In this document: positions 8,989 to 18,492 of the stretch, piece after piece
Position numbering within the stretch: position 1 is the first letter of the stretch
How the letters are laid out: every line of letters begins with the position of its first letter
IMG/VR virus record: IMGVR_UViG_3300024983_000146
Strand: one strand, 5' to 3'
Origin: a virus
Length of the DNA: 64,000 nucleotides
Notes under the pieces: model-generated
The model's database searches: none
What the model was told of the DNA's origin: nothing
What the model saw: the letters and a program-made list of their open reading frames with translations, nothing else
Program-made: the position numbers and the translations under genes

Positions 8989-11900
8989 ATGGGCAAACTA
9001 AGAGATGATGAGATAAAGTTTATTCTTAACCTGGAAGCAAAAGGGCTACAGGCTGAGATAGGGAAGTCTGCAGCTGCACTCAAAAAGTTTGCACAAGAGA
9101 ATAAAGCTCTTCAGGCAGAAATGGATCTGGCCAATAAGTTTTTAAAAGAGACTGAAAGGCAGATGAAAGCTCTTGAGAGACAAGGGAAAACTCATTCTTC
9201 AACCTACCAGGAGGTCAAGGCAACCTATCAAGCAACTAAGACTGAAATAGAGGATTATACCGAGCGGATATTTGAGAATAATTCTCAGATTGAAAAAAAT
9301 AATGAAGTAATAGAGATATCTCTTAAGCAGCTGAAGCTTGAGGAGATGACTATGTCTCAACTAAAAAATAGAGCAAAGGACCTTCAGAAGCAATTAGATT
9401 CAACTTCACTGGCGACAGATCCTGAAGAGTATATCAAGCTACAAAAAGAATTGTCACAAGTTGACAAAAGAATGGGGACTCTCAAGAACACCGGTAAGGG
9501 GATGATGTCTCAATTAAGTTCAATTCCAGGTCCTGCCGGCCAGGTTGTTCAAAGCCTTATGGGAATGGGAAAAGCAATGATGGCACTTGTCGCTAATCCA
9601 GTAGGAGCTGTAATCACTGCTATCGTGTTAGTGTTCATGGCGTTCAAGAAAGCAATTAATTCATCAGAAGAGGCAACACATAAATTGAATCAAATCCTTG
9701 CTCCTCTAACCAAGTTTATGCAATTTCTTCTTAAAATTTTGCAGGATCTTGTTATAGGATTTCTGAATTTTGCTTCAGCTGCCCTTACTGGAGTGTCAAA
9801 ACTACTCGAGAAACTGCCATTCATTGGTGGTAAAATGAAAGAGATTAATGATAAAGCCAATGAAGCGATTCAGCTAGAAAAAGAAAAACAAACTCTTCAG
9901 AAACAAGAGAGGGAGTGGATAGTTGGCAGGGCTAAGCTGGAAAACGAAGTAGCAGTAAATAGAGACAAGGCGTATCAAAAAGATAAATACTCCGTACAGG
10001 AGCGACTCGGATTTTTGGATGCTGCACTAAATGCAGAGAAAAAAATATCTGAAGAGTCAGTTCGTCAGGCACGAGTAAAATTGGAAATTGCTAAGACAGA
10101 AGCTGCTAGAGCAGGTAATACATCTGAAGTTGAAAAGAATTTAAAGGAGCTTGAAGCTGCTGTAATACAGTCGGAAACCGAAATGTATGAAAAAACAAGA
10201 GGAATACAGGAAAAGAAAAATGCATTTATAGCAGAGGAAAGGCGTAATGCCCAGGAAGCAGCAAAAGAGGCAATTCAGAGGCAGAAAGATGCACTGGATA
10301 CACAATTGAACAATCTGGAAGCAAACTACAATAAGAAGGTGTCTGTCATCAAAAAGAATGGTATTCTGACAGGACAAACAGATAACGAAATTAACCTGAT
10401 GACAGCACAGCAGGATAAGAAATTCTTCCAGGACAGAATACAGTCACTTAAGGAATATCTGAAAAAAGTCAAAGATGAAAAGCTAAGAAGCGAAATATTA
10501 AAGAAGATCTCAGACGATGAACTAGCTATTGTGGAATCACAAAAAAATTCAGACAATATTAAGCTGGGGATAATAAAAGATGGCTTAGACAAAAACCTGA
10601 AGCTCCTGGACAATGCATACAGTGTTCAGAAGTTGACATTTGATAATGCATTAGCCGATCAAAAAATATCTCAAGAGCAATATGATACACTAATGCTTCA
10701 GTTAGATGAACATACTGCAGATAGCAGGGTGTTGATTGTTCAGGGTTATAAAGATGATGTTGTTGCGCTGGAACTTGAGACAGGCGCTTTAAAAGAGCAG
10801 GCTGTTATCGATGCAAATACACTAGTTATCCAGGCAGAAACTGAGGCAGCAGATAAGAGGAAAGCCATATATGAGACTATAACTAATTCAACGCTTGACT
10901 TCAAGCAACAATTTGGATTACTGACCTACGATGAAGAGATAAAGCTGCAGACAAAAATTCTTGAAGATGTCTACAAGGCTAAGAAGGAATTTCTTGAAAA
11001 AGAGGGTGCGGATACGAGTGCTCTCACTGCTGCCTACGAGCAGGCAAAGACAAACATTACTTTAAATTCTGAACAGGATAGATTTAATTTAAGAAAGTCA
11101 TTAAACATTTCAAATTGGGCAGAAGAGTTTGAAATGCAAAAGCTGCAACTAGACCAGTTGCATAAAGCCGGTATGCTCTCTGAAGAGGAGTATCAGGCAG
11201 CACTCAAAAATATGAAGATGGAGCAGGCTAAAGCTTACTTTGATTACTATTTAGGCCTAGGTAAAAATGCAGTAAGTGCTTTTATGGACGCTGAAATATC
11301 CACTATGGAGGCAACATATGATGAGAAGATTGCTGCAGCAGGAGATAATAACGAAGAGGTTGAGAGACTTGAAAAAGAAAAGGCTCAAAAGAAGCTTGAT
11401 ATTGAAAAGAAATATGCCGATGTCAATTTCGCAATTAAGGTTGCAGAGATTATTGCAAATACTGCAGTTGCTATAATGCAAGGATTTGCTAAACTTGGGC
11501 CAATTGGAGGTGCAATAGCAGCGGTTCTGATGGGTGCGACCGGTGTTGCCCAAGTTGTTTCGGCTAATGCTGAGCGAAGAAAAGTAAAAGCAATGACCCT
11601 TGATAGTGCAGGATCTTCTTCTCCTCCTCAACAAAGAGTAGTTACCGGTAAAGAAGATGGAGGATATATTAATGTTACAAGAGAACAAGACAAGAAGCGT
11701 TTCTGGGCAAGAAAGTCATCAAAAAAGAATGGGTATTTCAACGAGCCAAGTCTTTTGGTTGGTGAGGGAGGAACTGAGTTTGTTGCAAATGCAGCAGCTG
11801 TATCAAACAAAAGCATCAAGCCATTTTTGGACTTGATAAATAATGCCCAGGAGGGAGGATATGTAGAGCAGCTTAATATGGATGCTATACTTAGTGCTGT

Positions 11901-12129
11901 TAAACCATCCGGAAAGGGGTATGAATCTGGAGGATACGTACAGCCACAACAGACTGCTCCGGTAATTCCCAATTTTGGGAATCAAATTGATCATGATTTA
12001 CTTACTGAATTCATTGCTCTTCTTCAATATTTAAAAAGAAATGGAGTAAAAGCAAAGGTGGTGCTCTCAGATCTGCAGGAGCAAACAGAACTTCAAGAAT
12101 CAAGTAATAACCTAGCATCAAAGTCATGA
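8989..12129 (+). CDS. Tail tape measure protein (prophage 1)
   Basis: 1046 aa, long coiled coil with Ala/Gly-rich hydrophobic blocks and C-terminal GGY / VGEGGTEFV motifs. Confidence 0.85.
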   Translation: MGKLRDDEIKFILNLEAKGLQAEIGKSAAALKKFAQENKALQAEMDLANKFLKETERQMKALERQGKTHSSTYQEVKATYQATKTEIEDYTERIFENNSQIEKNNEVIEISLKQLKLEEMTMSQLKNRAKDLQKQLDSTSLATDPEEYIKLQKELSQVDKRMGTLKNTGKGMMSQLSSIPGPAGQVVQSLMGMGKAMMALVANPVGAVITAIVLVFMAFKKAINSSEEATHKLNQILAPLTKFMQFLLKILQDLVIGFLNFASAALTGVSKLLEKLPFIGGKMKEINDKANEAIQLEKEKQTLQKQEREWIVGRAKLENEVAVNRDKAYQKDKYSVQERLGFLDAALNAEKKISEESVRQARVKLEIAKTEAARAGNTSEVEKNLKELEAAVIQSETEMYEKTRGIQEKKNAFIAEERRNAQEAAKEAIQRQKDALDTQLNNLEANYNKKVSVIKKNGILTGQTDNEINLMTAQQDKKFFQDRIQSLKEYLKKVKDEKLRSEILKKISDDELAIVESQKNSDNIKLGIIKDGLDKNLKLLDNAYSVQKLTFDNALADQKISQEQYDTLMLQLDEHTADSRVLIVQGYKDDVVALELETGALKEQAVIDANTLVIQAETEAADKRKAIYETITNSTLDFKQQFGLLTYDEEIKLQTKILEDVYKAKKEFLEKEGADTSALTAAYEQAKTNITLNSEQDRFNLRKSLNISNWAEEFEMQKLQLDQLHKAGMLSEEEYQAALKNMKMEQAKAYFDYYLGLGKNAVSAFMDAEISTMEATYDEKIAAAGDNNEEVERLEKEKAQKKLDIEKKYADVNFAIKVAEIIANTAVAIMQGFAKLGPIGGAIAAVLMGATGVAQVVSANAERRKVKAMTLDSAGSSSPPQQRVVTGKEDGGYINVTREQDKKRFWARKSSKKNGYFNEPSLLVGEGGTEFVANAAAVSNKSIKPFLDLINNAQEGGYVEQLNMDAILSAVKPSGKGYESGGYVQPQQTAPVIPNFGNQIDHDLLTEFIALLQYLKRNGVKAKVVLSDLQEQTELQESSNNLASKS

Positions 12130-14144
12130 GGATAATAACCAATAAAGGACAGTATGATCTTCCGGCAAATTTTGTCCTAGAGCTGGAGAGAAAGAATCCA
12201 TTCTTTTCAAAGATTGGAGAGAAGAGTATTCCGGTGACACTTCCATTGACTCCCAATAACATTAGAATCATAGGCTATAATAAAATTGATGCACGGAAAA
12301 AACCGATAACATCATTGGATGTGCTCATTGAGGATGGAGTGACCAGACTGTTCGCTAAGCAAGTAATTCATAAAACATCAAAAGAGGGGATATCTACAAC
12401 TTTCTATCCTAATATCGGCGCATTCTGGACCACGATAAAAGATAAGAAGCTCAAAGATGTAATGGCCAATTATTCATATGCAAGTCAAACATTGATGGCC
12501 GACTTTCAAAACTCAATGAAAGTTACCTCAGACTTTGATTTTATTGTTTTCCCTGTAGCATGCAACAATGGGAGTGATAGCTTATTCATCCTTAATCAGA
12601 CAGAGAATGTTGATTCTGAAGGGACTCCATACTTAATTGGCAGAAGATCCAGAACAATTCAAGAAGGAGATAAGAGCACAATTGTTCCAATAGGATATGG
12701 GATTACCCCATTCCTACGTTTGCATTCAGTTCTTACAAAGGCAATCGCACACTTTGGATATACACTAGAGAATAACTTTTTGGCAAATGAACAGTTCAAG
12801 AACCTGTGCTTGCTTAATAATTGTGCTGATACAGTAGTTATTAACAGAGTAGAATACTCTCAAATAGTTCCAAACATCACAATTCAGGACCTCCTTGATG
12901 TAGTGAGATTGAAATTTTGCTGTGAATTCATCCCGAATGAAACAACTAAGACAGTAAGGATCTCATTTTTTAAAGACCAGTTATCTTTTATCCCAAATAT
13001 TGACCTTAGCCAGGCGAAGGTTGCTGACTTTGAGTATGATCTTCCCTCTTTTTCACAGGTCGTACTTGGACAGGATACTTCAATTGAAAATGCTGCTCCG
13101 GAAACAGAGACGATTGAGAAATTTATTCAAAAGTACAAGTATGTAGGTGCAGTCAATGAGGCTGAATTTGATGATTCTGCTGTTGTAAGCCGGTATAATG
13201 CGGTCTTAAGACTTGCTGAAGGTAGGTTTTATTCCGTAGAGTTTGACGGCATAAACACTAGAAAAGAACCTGTTGGCTCTGCATTTTTTGGATATAACAA
13301 AGGAAGCGATTTAGCACCTCAGGAGATCCAGTTGAAGGATACAGCTGTGCCAATAGTGCAAGTTGGAGATCTTGCCATATTGATGCCTTTTGTAGGAAAT
13401 ATTCTGCATCAAAATACAGCGATAAAAGAGAAGTCAGGAGAGACAAAAGAAGAGAAGAAAGACTCTTCAAAATTCGCAATGCTTTGTTTTGCTAAGTACA
13501 ATTTAACAGGGTTTCTTCAGGCTTGTTATGGTTCTCCTTTTAACTACGATAAACAAGGACTGAGAGATGGCGATTTTAGTTTGCAGACATGGGGGCCTGA
13601 TGGCATTTTCAATAAGTTCTATAAAGAGATGGACTCCTTTTATAGACACTCAAATATGATTCTTCATTCCGATATGCTTTTAACTGAATCGCAGAAAAAT
13701 GGAGTGTCAGAAATTGAGCCGGTACTAATCAATAACCAAGTGTTATTGCCGGATACTATTGCCTATACAGTAGGCAGAAGAATTCAGAAAAAATGCATCT
13801 TCAGAACAATTAAACTTTATGAGCCATACGATACAGAAGAAGAGCAAGCTATACCCGAAATTTCTACTGACCATACTTCAGCTCTCTACTTCTGGGAGTA
13901 TCGGGACAACAGCAATTTAATTGTTCCGCCTACTCAGGGGCTAGATGATTATAACTTCAGATTGGCTGGAGAGATTGTTCGACCGGCAACAGCACCATCC
14001 GCTCAGCAGTATCTTGACAGTCAACAAGGAGTTATCTTTTTTGAAAATTCTGTAGATATAGTTATTGAGCACTTTGTAATGTCCAATCTAGTTGAACAGA
14101 TCCCGTCATCCATCACCTATTGGTATGTAGTTATAGCAAAATAG
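12126..14144 (+). CDS. Tail tip/baseplate structural protein
   Basis: 672 aa after tape measure; N-terminal NPFF...SIPVTLPLTPNN typical of siphovirus tail tip proteins. Confidence 0.65.
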   Translation: MRIITNKGQYDLPANFVLELERKNPFFSKIGEKSIPVTLPLTPNNIRIIGYNKIDARKKPITSLDVLIEDGVTRLFAKQVIHKTSKEGISTTFYPNIGAFWTTIKDKKLKDVMANYSYASQTLMADFQNSMKVTSDFDFIVFPVACNNGSDSLFILNQTENVDSEGTPYLIGRRSRTIQEGDKSTIVPIGYGITPFLRLHSVLTKAIAHFGYTLENNFLANEQFKNLCLLNNCADTVVINRVEYSQIVPNITIQDLLDVVRLKFCCEFIPNETTKTVRISFFKDQLSFIPNIDLSQAKVADFEYDLPSFSQVVLGQDTSIENAAPETETIEKFIQKYKYVGAVNEAEFDDSAVVSRYNAVLRLAEGRFYSVEFDGINTRKEPVGSAFFGYNKGSDLAPQEIQLKDTAVPIVQVGDLAILMPFVGNILHQNTAIKEKSGETKEEKKDSSKFAMLCFAKYNLTGFLQACYGSPFNYDKQGLRDGDFSLQTWGPDGIFNKFYKEMDSFYRHSNMILHSDMLLTESQKNGVSEIEPVLINNQVLLPDTIAYTVGRRIQKKCIFRTIKLYEPYDTEEEQAIPEISTDHTSALYFWEYRDNSNLIVPPTQGLDDYNFRLAGEIVRPATAPSAQQYLDSQQGVIFFENSVDIVIEHFVMSNLVEQIPSSITYWYVVIAK

Positions 14145-14180
14145 TGTCCTTTGACTTTGACCGGTAATAATAGAATTTTG
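14145..14180 (+). promoter_or_regulatory. Putative prophage-1 late promoter TGTCCTTT-N20-GAnnTTTG (copy 2)
   Basis: Same motif and spacing as 4042-4077; sits in the short gap before the fibre gene. Confidence 0.6.
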
Positions 14181-14188
14181 AAGTGAAT

Positions 14189-17100
14189 ATGGCAACAATC
14201 CTACAATCACCAGATCAATACAGCTTTGTCGGTAATATTAAAAATATTATCGTGTCAACGAATTCGCAAATCGTATTTCAGCTAAAATACGGTTCAGAGA
14301 TACTTATTGATTCCTCATATATTCCGGATCTAAACGATAAGGTAGAAATAGATATTGAGAAAATAGTCAAGGATGCATTGTCATCTGATATACCTGAGTC
14401 TGGAGAAATCACTACAAGGAGTTTTCAAGAGTTTAGTTTTAAGATAGGCTCTGGACTTGAACAGGTATTCTATGCATTTGAGGGAGGAGTTGATACAACG
14501 ATATCCCCGTCTTGGTTTGCAGAAAATTTTCTTACTTGGCAGCCTCAGACATCATATGTCACCTGGAATCAACCTCAATTTTTAAGCTATATAGCCCTTG
14601 CAGCTTGCAGTCTAAAAGTAAAAGGATACTTTGCGGATGGAACAAATCAAACAATATTATTTGGAGCGCTAGCAGCAAACAAAGTCAATACAGCAAACCT
14701 TCAATATTCCTCCCTTCCGGCAAAATTTTCTGATAAGCAACCTGCTTATATAGATGTGTGGACCGAAAATGCATCTGGTCAGAGGTTATCATATATCCAA
14801 AGGTTTGTATTAAAAAATACTACTGCAGATGATAATTGTTTTTTGTTTAAGAACTCTCTTGGAGCCTGGGATTCAGTTGTTTTCACTGGGGCTATAAAGA
14901 ATGAGGCATCATCAGATGTGAAGACATTCACACAGGATGATACAACACATGAATACCAAGTAGATCTTGCTGAGAAATATTATAAAAATACTGGATATCT
15001 CCTATCTGATAAGCATCGTATATGGATATCAGAATTTTTCAAAACTAATGAAAGATACTTCCTCTCCCACAGAGGATATTTTGAAAAGCTTACAGTGTTG
15101 TCTTCAACTATTAATTCGCAGAAAAGCAATCCGAGCTCGTATAACTTTACCTTCAGTTTATCTCGGTCAACAAAATATCTCAATCTTCCGAGGGTCGAGG
15201 CCCCTGAAGCACCACTTGAAATTGTAGATCCTGCCGGTGAACTTTTTTTTTTAGCCCCCCGTCTCTCTGAGTTTACTTCAGCTGAATTCGTAGATGAGTT
15301 TATTCTGCCTGTGCAGTCTCCTTATGAACAGTCGTGGAAAAAGATGAGTCTTGGAGCGTTGAAGCAGGGAATCCTTAATTCAATCTCAGAAATAACCTCT
15401 CCGCTTGCACACACTCATACATGGGAGAGTATAACCGGTAAGCCTCTTGCTTTCACTCCGTCCGCTCACAATCACGACATTTCTGAAGTAGTCAGCTTAT
15501 CTAATGCCCTTTCCTCAAAAGAACCCGGTCTTGGCAATCCTCAAACAGATGGACAAATCCTCGCTTCAACAGTTGCCGGTGTTCGGTCATGGGTGAGCAG
15601 GTATGTACTTCCTGTTGCGACTGCTGCTGTATTGGGAGGGGTGATGGTAGGAACTGGACTCAATGCAAATGCACAAGGGGTTCTCTCTCATTCGGACTTC
15701 TCTATTGAGACAGGAATTGGAGGTGCACTAGGGCATATTAAAGCATCTGAACGAACAGCATGGAATAGTCACAAGGATGATAGTGACAAACACCTGTCAG
15801 TTGAAGAGAGGGCTTATTTCAACAAGTTGAAGACCTATCTAAAATTTGCAGTAGATAATTCTTCAATGTATTCCACCCTGAATTTTTACTCAGAGAGTGG
15901 GGTAAGTGCCTTCGGCATCGGTACTGGAGGCAGTTCAGGAGGGGTCGGTGTAAACGTGATTAACGACTTAGTCCATTCAGCATACAATTCCAGCGAGGTT
16001 CTGTCAGCTTATCAGGGCTATGTGTTGAAGGGGCTAATAGACACTAAATCGTCATTAGGTCATACGCATTCCTGGAGCGAGATTACTAATAAACCAGCGA
16101 CTTTTACTCCATCTACACACTCTCACACTAAGTCTCAAATTACTGACTTTGCTCACACTCATCTTTGGGCAGATATAACTGATAAACCGACATCTTTCAC
16201 ACCTTCTGCTCATAGTCATAATGACTTATATTATACCGAGACTGAGATTGCCAACTTCTTCAGTGGGACAGTAGCTATTGCGGGTTACAATAAGTCAAAC
16301 TGGGACACTGCTCATGGGTGGGGCAATCACGCATCAGCAGGTTATGCCTCTGCATCGGCCCTTAATAATCACATCAATAACACTTCTCTTCACCTGTCAG
16401 TAGCAGAAAGAGAGTATTTAACTAAGTTGATAAGCTATCTCAAGATTTCTGCCGATAATTCTTCAATGTATTCCACCCTGAATTTTTACTCAGAGAGTGG
16501 GGTAAGTGCCTTCGGCATCGGTTCAGGTAGTTCGTCAGGAGGTGGAGCCGACCTGTATAACGGTCTTGACAAGAACGTTCCCGGAATGGCCCTTGATGCT
16601 TATCAGGGATATGTACTTATGGGATTAGTTGACAGCAAGGAGCCTGCATTTGTCAAAAACACAGCATTCAATAAGTCCTTCGGCGCTTCTGCAGGTATGG
16701 TTGCAGAGGGGAATCATACCCACACCTTTGCATCGCTGACAAGTAAGCCAACGACAGTAGACGGTTATTATATATCAGATGCAATATATTTCAATCAGAA
16801 TATAGATATAACTACAAATAATAATTATCGGCATTATGGGTATGGATATAGTGGAAATGGTTGGGTAGCTACTGGGGCTGCATTGACATTCGGCGCTAAT
16901 GGCTCTTATTATGCACTGATACAAGCAACGCAAGATAACATATGGTATAATTATACATACAACGGAGCTAAAGGAGCTTGGAGAAGTTTGTGGCATTCAG
17001 GGAACTTCAATCCGTCAAGTTACTTACCATTGACAGGAGGCACTATAAGTGGCGGTCTTACTCTCACAGGGGGCTTAACTAGTAATGGCACAGGCGCACC

Positions 17101-18481
17101 ATATTGGGTAGCTAGGCAATTAGGTATTAGTAGATTCTTGATATCTACATACACAGGTATAATTGGTGGCGTAGATAATGATGCAAATGTGGGTATCTAT
17201 AACTACGGAGCGGGAAATATAGGGTTTTGGACGAATGGGAGCAAAAGAATGGAGTTACTCTCAACAGGTATATTAATGCTTGGAGCTAACTCGGTCTACC
17301 ACTCTGGCAACTTACTCAACATCGGCACGTCGGCTTCTACTGCAAGAACTGCATTAGGATTAGGAAGTATGTCAACTGAATATGTCAGCTCTTTCTATAC
17401 AAAGGCTAATATCAATACTTTTTTCTTTTCGGATACAAGGACCATAACTCCCCAAACTTGGGGAGTAGCAACTCTTCAATTTGGATTTACTTCTATGGAT
17501 TTGAACAATGGATCCCCATATGCGGACTTCATGAGATTTGGAGGCTATGAGGATAGTTCAGGCGGAAGAAAAAATATCATTTTATTTAAAAAGTCTGAAT
17601 TTGGTATAAGGCAATATCAGGGTGATTTTGCATCCGCTACCTATAATCACGGGTATGTGGACTATTGGCATACAGGCAATCTCACCAACACCCTTTCAAA
17701 TGGCTATCTGCCTTATTGGAATAATGGCAGTTTGGCAAACACACCTATAATCTATTCATCAAATTTATATCTAGGAGCAAGGACACTTATAACAGACTGG
17801 ACAAACTCAATTCAGTTGGGACAATGGGACGAGGTAAACAATAGAATTGAAAGTCTTGGCCGACCGCTTTATATTACTTCTTATACAGAAGGTGTTAAGA
17901 TGGGTTATGCGGGGAATATTGATCTTACTATTAATTCAAGTAGAAATATTGGCATAGGCTATACAAACAGATATGAGAAATTTGCTGTCAACGGCAGTGG
18001 ATATTTTAATAGTCACCTATCTATAGGAGGTTCACACGATGTTTATTCTCAGGTATTTATTAATAGTACTTTTGGAACGACTAATAACGCAGCATTAAGA
18101 TTAATCTATCAGGGCAGCCTGTCGGGACTAGGGGAAGTAGCGATGCTGGCCCATAGAAATAGTCAATGGTCCTTAATATATGGCGATACTGTAGGTTCAT
18201 CTCTTAACTGGGGATTATATATACAAGGTAATAAACCAAATTATTTAGGTGGAGCATTAGCTATTTCAGGCGCATTTTCAGGCGCAACTACTGTTGTCAC
18301 CTCCTCTTACATAGAGTCCTCTTCTTACCTCAAAGGAACCTCAGTAAAAATCGGAGCAAATTGGGAAGCTATACCGAATGGAAGTGATTTGGAACTTAAA
18401 TACGGAGGTGTGCTGAAAGCTAAACTTGACCCTTCTGGCAACATCACAGCAGTAGGTGGAATAACTTGTTTCGCAATTTAA
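14189..18481 (+). CDS. Baseplate domain-tail fibre fusion protein
   Basis: ~1430 aa; HTHxWxxITxKPxxFTPSxHxH fibre repeats, Gly/Asn/Thr-rich distal part, internal duplication. Confidence 0.85.
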   Translation: MATILQSPDQYSFVGNIKNIIVSTNSQIVFQLKYGSEILIDSSYIPDLNDKVEIDIEKIVKDALSSDIPESGEITTRSFQEFSFKIGSGLEQVFYAFEGGVDTTISPSWFAENFLTWQPQTSYVTWNQPQFLSYIALAACSLKVKGYFADGTNQTILFGALAANKVNTANLQYSSLPAKFSDKQPAYIDVWTENASGQRLSYIQRFVLKNTTADDNCFLFKNSLGAWDSVVFTGAIKNEASSDVKTFTQDDTTHEYQVDLAEKYYKNTGYLLSDKHRIWISEFFKTNERYFLSHRGYFEKLTVLSSTINSQKSNPSSYNFTFSLSRSTKYLNLPRVEAPEAPLEIVDPAGELFFLAPRLSEFTSAEFVDEFILPVQSPYEQSWKKMSLGALKQGILNSISEITSPLAHTHTWESITGKPLAFTPSAHNHDISEVVSLSNALSSKEPGLGNPQTDGQILASTVAGVRSWVSRYVLPVATAAVLGGVMVGTGLNANAQGVLSHSDFSIETGIGGALGHIKASERTAWNSHKDDSDKHLSVEERAYFNKLKTYLKFAVDNSSMYSTLNFYSESGVSAFGIGTGGSSGGVGVNVINDLVHSAYNSSEVLSAYQGYVLKGLIDTKSSLGHTHSWSEITNKPATFTPSTHSHTKSQITDFAHTHLWADITDKPTSFTPSAHSHNDLYYTETEIANFFSGTVAIAGYNKSNWDTAHGWGNHASAGYASASALNNHINNTSLHLSVAEREYLTKLISYLKISADNSSMYSTLNFYSESGVSAFGIGSGSSSGGGADLYNGLDKNVPGMALDAYQGYVLMGLVDSKEPAFVKNTAFNKSFGASAGMVAEGNHTHTFASLTSKPTTVDGYYISDAIYFNQNIDITTNNNYRHYGYGYSGNGWVATGAALTFGANGSYYALIQATQDNIWYNYTYNGAKGAWRSLWHSGNFNPSSYLPLTGGTISGGLTLTGGLTSNGTGAPYWVARQLGISRFLISTYTGIIGGVDNDANVGIYNYGAGNIGFWTNGSKRMELLSTGILMLGANSVYHSGNLLNIGTSASTARTALGLGSMSTEYVSSFYTKANINTFFFSDTRTITPQTWGVATLQFGFTSMDLNNGSPYADFMRFGGYEDSSGGRKNIILFKKSEFGIRQYQGDFASATYNHGYVDYWHTGNLTNTLSNGYLPYWNNGSLANTPIIYSSNLYLGARTLITDWTNSIQLGQWDEVNNRIESLGRPLYITSYTEGVKMGYAGNIDLTINSSRNIGIGYTNRYEKFAVNGSGYFNSHLSIGGSHDVYSQVFINSTFGTTNNAALRLIYQGSLSGLGEVAMLAHRNSQWSLIYGDTVGSSLNWGLYIQGNKPNYLGGALAISGAFSGATTVVTSSYIESSSYLKGTSVKIGANWEAIPNGSDLELKYGGVLKAKLDPSGNITAVGGITCFAI
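15243..15252 (+). repeat. T10 homopolymer inside the fibre gene
   Basis: gaa cTT TTT TTT TTa gcc ccc cgt. Confidence 0.95.
15854..15922 (+). repeat. 69-bp exact direct repeat, copy 1
   Basis: Identical to 16454-16522 (600 bp apart); encodes DNSSMYSTLNFYSESGVSAFGIG. Confidence 0.95.
16454..16522 (+). repeat. 69-bp exact direct repeat, copy 2
   Basis: Identical to 15854-15922. Confidence 0.95.
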
Positions 18482-18492
18482 TAATAAAAGGT

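Noticed and set aside
10141-11994. Minus-strand ORFs inside the tape measure (and similar overlapping short ORFs across the track)
   Set aside because: Shadow ORFs opposite long coiled-coil genes, with no motifs or independent start signals
12120-12151. Third TGTCCTTT late-promoter copy on the minus strand
   Set aside because: Spacing to TTTG is 21 rather than 24, and it lies inside coding sequence, antisense to the operon
15791-16660. Diversity-generating retroelement (TR/VR pair) in the tail fibre
   Set aside because: The core is identical, flank differences are not adenine-specific, both copies are mid-gene, and no reverse transcriptase is seen in the window
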